A stretch of 64,000 bases of DNA from an uncultured Gemmatimonadales bacterium. Its GTDB lineage: Bacteria; Gemmatimonadota; Gemmatimonadetes; Gemmatimonadales; GWC2-71-9. The notes below the pieces were generated by a model. That model searched no databases. It saw nothing but the letters and a program-made list of their open reading frames with translations, and was not told the DNA's origin. Positions 1-10,183 of the stretch are shown in pieces. The stretch spans positions 1,472,001 through 1,536,000 of the forward strand of contig CAVUAK010000001.1 of assembly GCA_963739455.1 (NCBI GenBank), given 5' to 3'. The position numbers and the translations under genes were made by a program. How positions within the stretch are numbered: position 1 is the stretch's first letter; each line of letters opens with the position of its first letter.

Positions 1-3
1 ACG

Positions 4-2736
4 GTGACGATCCTGCCGCCGCGCTGGGGTGCCGACAGCCTCAAGCTCGACTTCGCGCACCTCGACCTGCAGGCGCTGACGGGGCGCGAGGGGCGCACCA
101 GCCTGGACGGGCGCATCGAGGTCACCGGCGTCATGGACACGCTGCTGGCGCCCGAGGGGTCGATGCACCTGGTGCTGGGACCCGGCGTGTTTCGCGGCGT
201 GCACATGGACACGCTGCTGGTGCAGGCGAAGGTGCGCGACAGCATGATCACCGTCGACACGGTGTGGGCGACGGGGTCGGGGATGATCCTGGCGGGGGCG
301 GGCACGGTGGGATGGGCCAAGCCGCATCGCGGCAGCATGGAGCTGGCGCTCGAGGCGGACCACCTGGAGGAGCTCGACTCGCTGGCGCAGGACCTCACGG
401 GCTTCGTGCGCGACACGATCCCGGGCTGGCGTACGCTCAACGGCGTGCTGCGCATGAAGGGGCAGGTGGCGGGCAGCCTCGATTCGCTCGAGGCCACCGG
501 TGAGGGAACGCTGCGCGGCTTCGTGTTCGAGCACATCCACGCCAATGCCATCGCGGTGACGGGCAGCTGGACCGGTGGCGCCCGGCCGCAGCTGACGCTG
601 AATGCGAGCCTCGACTCGATGAGCCGGCAGGACCGCTTCGTGCGCGACGTGAAGCTGTCGCTCGCCGGGCCGGCGGACTCGCTCAACTGGGGCCTGGAGG
701 GTGACGACGGTGGCATCGTGGAGATCGCCGGTGCCGGGCGCGCGTGGCAGGACAGCGGATTCCGCGCGCTCGCCATCGACTCGCTGAGTGTCGGCCTCCC
801 GACGCACGCCTGGCGACTGCTGAACCCGTCGACCATCACGCTCGCGGACTCGACGCTCCAGGTGTCGCCGTTCCGGCTGCAGGGCACGGATGGCTCGGGG
901 TACATCAGCGTTGCGGGACGGGTGCCGTGGACCGGCAGCGGCGACCTGGCCGTCGAGGGACTGGGCCTCCAGCTGCGCGACCTGTCGGCGCTGGCGCAGC
1001 TCGACACGACGGGCCTGGGCGGCTGGATCGGCTTCCGCGTGCAGCTGGGCGGCACGCGCGCCAATCCGACGATGGAAGGCACGATCGGCCTGGAGGACAT
1101 GCGCCTGGGCGACACGCGCGGTCCGCTGGCGCAGGGCGTCTTCACGTACTCGGAGCAGCGGCTCGACGGCGGCCTGCTGCTGTATCGCACCGGCGACCCG
1201 GTGGTGCAGGTGGGCTACTCGCTGCCGATCGACCTGGCGCTGCAGAAGGTGAAGGAGCGGCTGATCCCGGGCCCGCTCAGCATCCAGGCCACGGCTGACA
1301 GCGTGCAGATGAGCGTGTTCGAGCCGCTGACGCGCTCGGTGCACCACCTCACCGGCGTGCTGTCGGCCGACGTGCGGGTGCTGGGCAGCTGGGACCAGCC
1401 GGCGCTCGGTGGATTCCTGGCGGTGATGGATGGCGGCGCTCACGGTGGACGGACTCAACGTGCCGTTCAACGCGATGAACGGCCGGGCGGATTTCCGGGG
1501 AGACTCGATCCTCCTGCCGAAGTTCACGCTGCAGAGCCCGAAGGGCAGCATGACGCTGTCAGGCGTGGCGCGGCTCGAGCGCCTCACCCGGCCGATCCTC
1601 GACCTGCAGGCCACGCTGGACCGCTTCCGCGCCATCGACCAGCGCGACTTCCTGATGCTCACGGCGAGCGGCGACGTGAAGGTGACGGGGCCGCTCGACA
1701 GCCTGGTGATCTCGGGCAAGGTGACGGCGGACGAGGGCACGCTCTACTTCGCCGACCTGCTCAACAAGCGGGTCATCGACCTCGAGGATCCCGGAGAACG
1801 TGGCGTTCATCGACACGACGCTGGTGCGCCGGCGCCGGCTGGGCTCGGACCTCAAGTCGCGGGTGCTGGAGACGCTGCGGGTGCGCGACTTCACCCTGAC
1901 GATCGGCGACGAGTTCTGGCTCCGGTCGTCGGAAGCGAAGATCCAGCTCGACGGCAAGCTGCGGGTGGAGAAGGCGCGCAGCGTCTACCGCCTCGACGGC
2001 ACGCTGCACGCGGTGCGCGGCACCTACCGGCTGAGCCCGATCCCCGGCTTCAGCCGGGACTTCGAGGTGGTGCGCGGTGACGTCCGCTACTTCGGCACGC
2101 CCGACCTGAACGCGGAACTGGATATCCAGGCGAAGCACGTGGTGCGCACCACCAAGGGCGCGGAGCTGCCGGTGATGGCGCGGGTGACCGGGCACGCTGT
2201 TCGATCCCAAGCTCAAGCTCGAGAGCACGCAGCGGCCGCCGCTCTCGGAACTCGACATCGTGTCGTACCTCATCACCGGTGCGCCGGCGAGCGAGGCGAT
2301 GGCGCAGGGCCAGGCGCAGGCGGCACTGGTGACGAACGGTGCGGCGTGGCTGCTGAGTGCCGGTGCCAGCGCGCTGGAGAACACGCTGGTGTCCGACCTT
2401 GGCCTGCCGATCGACATGCTGCAGATCCGGCCGGTGGTGTCCGGCGGGACGCAGGGACAGAGCCTGACCACCGCGTTCGCGCTCGCGGCCGGATGGCAGC
2501 TGGGACGCAAGGTGTTCCTCACCTTCAACGCCGGCTTCTGCCCGAGCTCGCTGAGCTCGTTCGACTACCGCAACTTCGGCGCGGGCATCGAGTGGCGCGT
2601 GTCGCAGGAGTGGCGGGTGCAGGGCGTGGTGGAGCCGCTGCTGCGACTGTGCGGCGTCGCGGCGGTCGGGCAGAATGTGTCGACGTCACTCCGGTACCAG
2701 GTCGGTGCCGACGTGCTCTGGCAGCGGGAGTTCTGA
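4..2736 (+). CDS. Translocation/assembly module TamB (DUF490)-like protein, 5'-truncated, split by several apparent frameshifts
   Basis: Overlapping ORFs 4-1899, 1430-2080, 1800-, 2260-2736 give a continuous beta-taco-like repeat protein ending in a TamB-type C-terminus (GDVRYFGTPDLNAELDIQA...ELDIVSYLITG...GADVLWQREF). Confidence 0.8.
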
Positions 2737-3630
2737 TGACACGCGCCCTGGTCATCACCAACCCGGCAGCGGCCCGCACCGACCCGATCGCGGTCGAGGT
2801 GGTGATGGCGACGCTCCGGAGCGCGGGCTGGGACGCGGAGGTGCTCGCGACCGGCGGGCCGGGCGATGCGGGCCGTCTCGCCGCATACGCGGTACAGGAG
2901 AAGGTGGACGTCTGCGCCGTCTTCGGCGGCGACGGCACGACCATGCAGGCGGCCGTCGTCGCTGGTGGGCAGCAACGTGACGCTCGGCATCATTCCCGGG
3001 GGGACGGGCAACCTGCTCGCCGGCAACCTCCGGATTCCCGCCAACCCGGCGCGCGCGGCGAAGGTGCTGGTGAGCGGCGTGCCGCGGCGCATCGACCTCG
3101 GCCGGCTCGACCGCGAGAGCGGCTCCGACTACTTCGCGGTGGCGTGCGGGGCGGGGTACGACGCGCTCATCATGACCCGCACCGCCTCGGAGCAGAAGCG
3201 CCGCTGGGGGATGCTGGCCTACGTGGCGACGACGATCAAGTTCATCGGCGAGATCCGGAGCCGCGAGCACCACATCACGGTGGACGGGGTGGAGTACGAG
3301 GCCCACGCGTCGATGGTGCTGGTGGCCAACTGCGGTGAGGTGATCGGGCCGATGATCAAGCTGCGCACCGGCATTGCGCCGGACGATGGCTTGCTCGACC
3401 TGGTGGTGCTGCGCGCGAACGGGCTGGGTGAGAGCATGCGCGCAGTGTGGGACCTGCTGCGGGAAGGTCACGGGGGCGATGCCTTCGTCGGCTATGCCCG
3501 CGGGCGGGAGATCCGGGTGGTGGCCGATCCCGTCCAGCCGGTGCAGCTCGACGGCGACGGTGGCGGCTTTACCCCGTTTACGGCAACGTGCGTCCCGGGT
3601 GCGGTCAGCATCATGGTGCCGGCGCCGTAG
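2736..3630 (+). CDS. Diacylglycerol/lipid kinase family protein (DAGK/YegS-like), frameshift near 2955
   Basis: ATG overlaps the tamB stop (TGATG). Motifs VITNPAA, FGGDGT, IIPGGTGNLLA and QLDGD are spread over two frames. Confidence 0.85.
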
Positions 3631-3681
3631 GCGCCGATGCCCGGGCAGTGATGGTCAACCTTACGGACCGGAGTGGCAGGC

Positions 3682-5016
3682 ATGGCTGACGCGGTGCTCC
3701 TCATCGACGACGACGTAGACGTCCTGCGTGCTGGCGGCGCCCAACTCGAGCGCGCCGGCTACGAGGTGACACGCGAGTTGAGCGGCGAAGCGGGCCTCTC
3801 GACCTGGGACCGGATCCGGCCGGACATCGTGGTGCTCGACCTCGACCTTCCCGGCATGGCGGGCACCGAGGTGCTGCAGCACCTGCGAGAACGAAGTGCC
3901 GCCGTGATCGTGCTGGCGCCGGCGGGCAGTGCCGCGGCGATCGCCGCGCTGCAGGCCGGTGCTGAAGCCTGGGTGCTCAAACCGGTGGACCAGGCGCATC
4001 TCGAGGCCGCGATCGGCAGGGTGTCGCAGACGGTGCGCCTCAGGCGGGTCGCCGAGGCGCTGCTGGGGCCGGCGGCGGGACAGAACCTGGAGTCGCTGGG
4101 TCTGTCATCGGGGATGCAGGAGATCGCGCAGCAGGTGCGATTGCTGGCGGGCAGCGAGCGCACGACGGTGCTGCTCGAGGGCGAGGTGGGGAGCGGGAAG
4201 GGATGGGTGGCGCGGCTGATCCACGCGCTGAGCCAGCGGGCGAAGCAGCCGTTCGCCGCGGTGAGCTGCGCCGGCACCACGCCGCAACTGCTCGAGGTGG
4301 AACTGTTCGGGCAGGAGAAGGGCAACGACGCGAAGGAACGGAAGCAGGGACTCTTCGAGATCGCCGACAAGGGCACGCTGTACCTGGGCGAGATCGCCGA
4401 CCTGCCGCCGGAGCTGCAGCCGAAGCTGCTCAAGGTGCTGGAGACGCGCTCATTCCGCCGGGCGGGTGGAACGCGGGAAATCTCGGTGGACGTGCGGTTG
4501 ATTGCGGCGACGAGTCGCACGCTGGCGGCCGAGGTTGAAGCGGGGCGCTTCCGTGAAGACCTGTATTATCGTCTCAGCGTCATGCCGCTTCGCCTGCCGC
4601 CGGTGCGCGACCGGGCGCGGGAGGATCGCGCGGCGCTGGTGTCGCGGATGCATCACGAGCTCGGTCGCGAACTGCCGGAAGGACCGACCAGCATGGCGGG
4701 TGAAGTGCTGGAGCGGTTCCTGGCCTATCCGTGGCCCGGCAACGTGCGCGAGATCAGGAACGTGCTGGAGCGCGCGATGATCCTGGGGCAGGGGCTGCCG
4801 CAGGTGGCGATCGAGCACCTGCCGGGCGAGTTCCGCAATCGCCCGGGCATCGGCGACCGGCGGCACACGCCGATGACGCTGGACGAACTCGAGCGGCAGC
4901 ACATCGAGCGGACGCTCCGGCATCACAACGGGAACCGGACGCGCGCGGCGCACGAGCTGGGGATCTCGCGGGCGACGCTGATCAACAAGATCAAGCGGTA
5001 TGATTTCAAGATGTGA
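3682..5016 (+). CDS. NtrC-like response regulator (REC-AAA+-Fis HTH) with degenerate sigma54-contact and Walker motifs
   Basis: VLLIDDD/VVLDLDLPG receiver, GEVGSGKG, RFREDLYYRL, WPGNVREIRNVLERA, C-terminal GNRTRAAHELGISRATL HTH. Confidence 0.9.
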   Translation: MADAVLLIDDDVDVLRAGGAQLERAGYEVTRELSGEAGLSTWDRIRPDIVVLDLDLPGMAGTEVLQHLRERSAAVIVLAPAGSAAAIAALQAGAEAWVLKPVDQAHLEAAIGRVSQTVRLRRVAEALLGPAAGQNLESLGLSSGMQEIAQQVRLLAGSERTTVLLEGEVGSGKGWVARLIHALSQRAKQPFAAVSCAGTTPQLLEVELFGQEKGNDAKERKQGLFEIADKGTLYLGEIADLPPELQPKLLKVLETRSFRRAGGTREISVDVRLIAATSRTLAAEVEAGRFREDLYYRLSVMPLRLPPVRDRAREDRAALVSRMHHELGRELPEGPTSMAGEVLERFLAYPWPGNVREIRNVLERAMILGQGLPQVAIEHLPGEFRNRPGIGDRRHTPMTLDELERQHIERTLRHHNGNRTRAAHELGISRATLINKIKRYDFKM

Positions 5017-5082
5017 GGTGTGAGGCGTGAGTCAGGAGTCGGGAGTTGAGGGTTAGGAGTTTAGGGTTAGGAGTTAAGAGCT
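5013..5082 (+). repeat. Ten degenerate 7-nt tandem units (GTGAGGN > AGGAGTC > TAGGGTT)
   Basis: gtgaggt gtgaggc gtgagtc aggagtc gggagtt gagggtt aggagtt tagggtt aggagtt aagagct. Confidence 0.8.
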
Positions 5083-5091
5083 GGAGGCTGC

Positions 5092-5289
5092 ATGGCACAG
5101 ATCCACGAAACCGATGCGATGAACTGCCGCGCGTGCGGCAGGCAGGAGCGCGCATCCGAGGGATACCCGTGTGCGACGTGCGGCACGTTCATCTGCCTGA
5201 TCTGCACGTTCCAGGGGGTGACCCAGTGCGCGAAGTGCCGTGGCATCCCGGTCCCGACGCCGCCTGTTCCGCCGGCGGCGAGCGCTTGA
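5092..5289 (+). CDS. Small 8-cysteine (4x CxxC) putative zinc-binding protein, 65 aa
   Basis: GGAGG at 5083-5087 before ATG. CRAC, CATC, CLIC and CAKC motifs. Confidence 0.75.
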   Translation: MAQIHETDAMNCRACGRQERASEGYPCATCGTFICLICTFQGVTQCAKCRGIPVPTPPVPPAASA

Positions 5290-5323
5290 CGCTCGGCCCC
5301 GAACCCGACGAGGTTGCGCGGCC

Positions 5324-6098
5324 ATGTCCGTGATCTGCCGCGCCCCGGTGGCGCCCATCCATGCCGATGCCTCGCTGCGCGCGGAGCAGGTCACCCAGCT
5401 GGTGCTGGGTGAGACGGGAACGGTGCTCGAGCGCCGCGACCGAGTGGCTGCGCGTGCGCACCGACATCGACTCGTATGAGGGATGGGTGCACGAGGGGTA
5501 CGTGATCGCCACCGGCGCATGCGCGGAACTGGCGCGAGGCAGCCACCGGCTGGAGCGATGGGGCGCGCGTGGAGGTCGATGGTGCCGCGGTGCGACTGCC
5601 GCTTCGGGCGCGAGTGGTGCTCGAGAATGGCGCGGTGCGCCTTCCGGGCGATCGTGTGGGCACGGTGATCGACGGGAGTGTGCGCGAGGCGGCGGAGGTG
5701 CGGCGGAGCTGCGGAGGCGATGCGCCCCGATGAGTGGGCGTGGGCGGAATTCGCCGGTGCGCCCTACCAGTGGGGCGGCGTGACGCCGCTCGGCGTCGAC
5801 TGCTCCGGGATGATCCAGACGACGTTCGCCGCGCGCGGGCGTGAGCCTGCCGCGAGACGGGTGGCAGCAGGCTGCGCTGGGCACCGTCGTGGCCCGCGAT
5901 GCGCTGGCACCGGGTGATCTCTGCTTCTTCCGCGGCGAGGCGACGGAGCGCATCACCCACGTGGCCATCTACGCGGGTGACGACACCATCGTGCACTCGA
6001 CGGTGGCATGCGGCCAGGTGGTGCGCGAGCGGTGGGGCGACGGCTCGCGTGCCGCGGCGCTGCGCGAGCGCTTCGTCTCCGCGCGGCGCGTGCGCTGA
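5324..6098 (+). CDS. SH3 + NlpC/P60 (C40) peptidase, multiple frameshifts
   Basis: APIHADASLRAEQVTQLVLGE, WLRVRTDIDSYEGWV, PYQWGGVTPLGVDCSG, LPRDGWQQA, PGDLCFF, ITHVAIY...IVHS. Confidence 0.8.
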
Positions 6099-6799
6099 TG
6101 CCGCATCGCCGGCTGGTGCTGTTCGACATCGACGGCACGCTGCTGCTCACCATGGGCGCCGGTCGCCGCGCGATCACCGCCGCGATGGCGGAGGTCATCG
6201 GTGCCGGGGCCGTGTTCGATGGCATCCGCTTCGACGGCAAGACCGATCCCCAGATCGTCTCCGAGCTCCTGCATGCGGCCGGCGATCCCGACCCGGGCGA
6301 CGCCACGCGCATCAGCGCGGTGTGCGACCGCTATGCCGACCTGCTGGAGACGGAACTGCAGCGACCGACGGCGCGGGTGCAGGTGATGCCGGGCGTGCCC
6401 GAGCTGCTCGATCGCCTGGAGCGGGAGCCGCGCGCGGTGCTGGGACTGCTGACGGGAAACCTCGCGCGCGGTGCCGCGCTCAAGTTGCGGGCAGGCGGGA
6501 TCGATCCTTCGCGGTTTGTCGTGGGGGCGTACGGATCGGACCATGCGCATCGTCCGGCGCTGCCACCGATTGCGGCGTCACGGGCGGAGCCGCTGCTGGG
6601 GCGAGTCCCCCATGGGCACGAGGTGGTGATCATCGGGGACACGCCGGCCGACGTGGCGTGCGGTGCCAGCCTGGGGGCGCGCGCGGTGGCGGTCGCGACA
6701 GGCGGGTACACGGTGGAGCAGCTCACCGCGTGCGGCCCGTACGCCGCGTTCAGCGACCTCACCGATACGGACGCCGTCGTGGCGGCCATCCTCGACTAG
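6098..6799 (+). CDS. HAD-superfamily hydrolase
   Basis: LVLFDIDGTLL, LLTGN and IIGDTPADV motifs. ATG overlaps the upstream stop. Confidence 0.9.
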   Translation: MPHRRLVLFDIDGTLLLTMGAGRRAITAAMAEVIGAGAVFDGIRFDGKTDPQIVSELLHAAGDPDPGDATRISAVCDRYADLLETELQRPTARVQVMPGVPELLDRLEREPRAVLGLLTGNLARGAALKLRAGGIDPSRFVVGAYGSDHAHRPALPPIAASRAEPLLGRVPHGHEVVIIGDTPADVACGASLGARAVAVATGGYTVEQLTACGPYAAFSDLTDTDAVVAAILD

Positions 6800-6813
6800 C
6801 CGGTCAATCCGTC

Positions 6814-7561
6814 ATGACCACGACCGCGATCCTGCCTGAACTCGGGCCCTGGCTGGGGCGCCTGTGCAACGCGCCGACTGCCACCCCTGGCATTCGCCAC
6901 TTCGTCCCCCTCGATGACGTTCGCCTTGCAACTCGCAACGGGGGTCCTCGACCTGGCCGGTGCGGCGCGCGGGTTCTCCAGCGACGATCATGCGGCGATC
7001 GTCGGCTCGCTGCACGCGCGAAGCTGGCGGCAGCTGTGGGAGAAGGCGCTGACCGATGCGTCGGCGCGCACGGCGGAGGCGATCAACACCGGGTTCGCAT
7101 CGGCTGCCGCCGAGTCACGCTTCCCGGCGCGGCGCCTGGCGCGACTGCAGGTCAGCGAGACGGAGCTCGCGGCGATGGCGGCGCGGCTCGGTGCCGGCGC
7201 GATCCCGTTCGAGTCGTCGCTTGCGCGCCTGGAGGAACTGGCGGGCGCCGCCGGCTCCTCGAGGCGCAACGGCGACAGCGCATTTGCCCGGTGGAGTGAG
7301 GGCCTGGCGGGTGCGGCGCGACAGCTCGAGTCGGCCTGGATGGCGCTGGAGGAGGCGGTGGACCGCGAGGGTGCGCGGTGGCAACCCGAGATCGAGAAGG
7401 TGCGCCGGTGGACGCGTCCACGCTGGCCACTGTGGGTGATCACGGCACTGGTGCTCGCCGGGGCGACGTGGCTGGGTCTCGTGCTCGGTGGTTTCCTCAA
7501 GGTGCCCGGGTGGCTCGCATCGTTCGCCGAGTTCTGGTGGACGCGGCTTCCGTTCGCGTGA
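6814..7561 (+). CDS. Hypothetical helical protein with C-terminal transmembrane anchor, frameshift near 6935
   Basis: MTTTAILPELGPWLGRL joins ORF 6914-7561, which ends in WPLWVITALVLAGATWLGLVLGG. Stop overlaps the acpS start. Confidence 0.6.
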
Positions 7562-7956
7562 GCATCGTCGGCATTGGTATCGACCTGGTGGATATCGAGC
7601 GGGTGCGCCGCCTCTTCGAGCGGCATGGCGCGCGGGCGCAGAAGCGATTCCTCACGGCGGCAGAGTCAGCCTACGTGAACGACTGCGCTGATCCGGCACG
7701 TCATGCGGCGGCGCGGGTGGCGGCCAAGGAAGCGGTCTACAAGGCGATGCAACCGCTGCCGGGCGCGCGGGCCATCGGGTGGACCGATATCGAGGTCATC
7801 CGGGGGCCGGAAGGTGCGCCGGTAGTGGGCCTGCATGGTCGAGCGGCTGAGATTGCGCGGTCGCTTCCTGGTCTGGTGCTGCATCTCTCGCTGACGCACG
7901 CGGAGCTGACCGCCGGTGCGATGGCGATCGCGGAACTCCCTCCTTCCAATTCCTAG
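7558..7956 (+). CDS. acpS: Holo-[acyl-carrier-protein] synthase
   Basis: IVGIGIDLVDIER, AARVAAKEAVYKA, LHLSLTHA. Confidence 0.92.
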   Translation: MSIVGIGIDLVDIERVRRLFERHGARAQKRFLTAAESAYVNDCADPARHAAARVAAKEAVYKAMQPLPGARAIGWTDIEVIRGPEGAPVVGLHGRAAEIARSLPGLVLHLSLTHAELTAGAMAIAELPPSNS

Positions 7957-7996
7957 CTGCGCACTCTACTTTAGCTCGTCTTCCACATAATTCGGT

Positions 7997-8011
7997 TGAA
8001 AATGATTCTCA
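7997..8011. promoter_or_regulatory. Fur-box-like 7-1-7 inverted repeat
   Basis: TGAAAAT-G-ATTCTCA versus the consensus TGATAAT-N-ATTATCA, in an AT-rich patch at the start of an iron permease gene. Confidence 0.7.
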
Positions 8012-10177
8012 TCCATGCGGCTGCGTTGTTGTTGTTCTTTACGCATCCGTTACATGCGGCACCCCCGATGTTACCGCCAGGTCCCGATTCGTTACGCGTG
8101 GCCGTTGAACCGGCCGCGGCGGTGCGGCGTCTCGCGGCGACGGCGCAGCTCGCGGCGCAGGAGTATGGGCTCGGCGTGGTGGATGGGCGGGTGGTGGCAC
8201 CGGCGGAGGTGGAGGAGGCGCGGCTCTTCCTGGAAGAGGCGAAGCGGAGTGCCGGGCAGCTGCCGCCGGAGTGGTCGGTGGCGGCGACCAAGGAGCTGGA
8301 CGCGGTGCTGGCGCTGGTGGGGCGTCGTGCCGCGGCGACCGAGGTGGCGTCGCGGGTTCGGCGACTGACCACGACGCTGTCCACCGGGCTTGGCGTCTCG
8401 CTGGATGAGGTGCCGGGGGTGACTCCCTCGCTCGCGCATGGCGCGGAGGTGTACCAGGCGCAGTGTGCGCAGTGTCATGGGAGCCTTGGGCGCGGCGATG
8501 GTCCCGCTGCGGCGGGGCTGGATCCGGTGCCGGCCAATCTCGCCGATGCAGCCGCGCTCTACACCCAGTCTCCCCTCGACTTCTACCGCCGGATCACGAT
8601 CGGTGTGGTGGGCACGGCGATGCCGTCGTTCGAGGCGACGTTGTCGGCGGAGGATCGCTGGGCGGTGGCGAGCTATGCGTCGCTGCTTCGCCTTGCCGGC
8701 GGCACAGGGTGACGTGCCGGCGTCTCTGACCGCATTCGGCACCACGGCGCGACTCTCCGACTCTGCCCTTGGCGAGGCGCTCACTGCGACCGCCAATGGG
8801 GCATCTCCGCTGGCGCGCGTGGCGGCGGTGCGCAGCTACCAGCCGCTCCGGCCCGAGGTCGCAGCGGCGGCGACATTCACCAAGGTGCGGACGCAACTCG
8901 ACGAAGCGCTGCAGCTCGCGGCCAAGGGACGGCCCGATGACGCGAGCGCCCGGGTGTTCGATGCCTACATGACGTTCGAGGGCGTGGAGCGCGGCGTACG
9001 GGCGAAGAACCCGTCGCTCGCCACGACACTCGAGGGATCCTTCGCTTCGCTCCGCTCGCTGGCCGCGGGTGGTGCGCCGGCCCCTGACCTGGCCACGGCG
9101 CGCGCCGCCCTGCTGGGGCAACTGGAAAATGCGGAGCGGACGCTGGGTGACACGCTGTCGCCGATGTCCCTCTTCGTGCAGTCGTTCTTCCTGCTGGTGC
9201 GTGAGGGTCTCGAGGCAATCCTGATCATCGGCGCGCTGCTCACGTTCCTGGCCAAGACCGGGGCGCAGGAGCGGAAGCGGGATATCCATGTTGGCGTGGG
9301 TGCGGCGGTACTCGCGAGCCTGTTCACGGCGGTGCTGCTGGAGACGGTGTTCCAGGTGACGCCGGCGCGGCGCGAAGTGCTCGAGGGGGCGGTGATGCTC
9401 ACGGCATCAGCGGTCCTCTTCTACGTGAGTTACTGGCTGCTGAGCAAGATCGAGGTGGCCCGCTGGAACCAGTTCGTGAAGAGCCAGGTGCAGGATGCGG
9501 TGAGCAGCGGATCGGCGCTGGCGCTGGCGACGGCGGCGTTCCTCGCGGTGTATCGCGAGGGATTCGAGACGGTGCTCTTCTACAAGGCACTCGTGCTGTC
9601 GGGTCCGGCCGGGAGCACGTTCGTCCCGGTGACGGCGGGTATCGCGCTGGGAGCCCTGGTCCTGGTCGCGGTGTACTACGCGATCAACCGGTTCGGCGTG
9701 CGCCTGCCGCTCAAGCCGTTCTTCGCGGTGACGGGGCTGTTCCTCTACTACATGGCGTTCCTGTTCGCCGGGCGGGGCATCGCGGAGCTGCAGGAGGGCG
9801 GCGTCATCGCGACGACCGTGCTCCCGTGGGCGCCGCGCATCCCGGCACTGGGCATCTATCCGACCGTCGAGTCACTGCTGGCGCAGGGAGTCCTGCTCGC
9901 GCTGCTGCTGGGCGCACTGATCTGGAGCTTCGTGCTGGCACCGGTGCGCGCTGTTCGATCGCAGGCGACGCGCGCGGCATCGCCCGGGCCGATCATGCTC
10001 GAGGAACGCACGGTGGATCCCGCGGTGGTGGAGGGGCATCGCCCGGTGTCGCCGGGCACGCGCCAGGGGCTGGAGCGGTCGCTCGAGCGGATGGAAGGCG
10101 ACCTGGCCGCGCTCCGCGCCGAGGTGGAGCGGATGCGCGACCAGATGCGGAAGGACCAGTCGCCGGCGCGGAAGTAG
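8002..10177 (+). CDS. Cytochrome c / FTR1-family iron permease fusion (PbrT-like), frameshift near 8700
   Basis: Signal peptide, CAQCH heme motif plus GTAMPSF, then REGLE and REGFE motifs with multiple TM helices. Confidence 0.88.
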
Positions 10178-10183
10178 TCGGCG

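Noticed and set aside
5048..5075. True telomere or eukaryotic contamination (TTAGGG)
   Set aside because: Period is 7 rather than 6, the array is short and internal, and the flanks are continuous bacterial genes.
7960..8010. dif site in the AT-rich patch (TTATGTGGAAG on the minus strand)
   Set aside because: Only a partial XerD-arm resemblance and no XerC arm. The patch is better explained by a promoter and Fur box.
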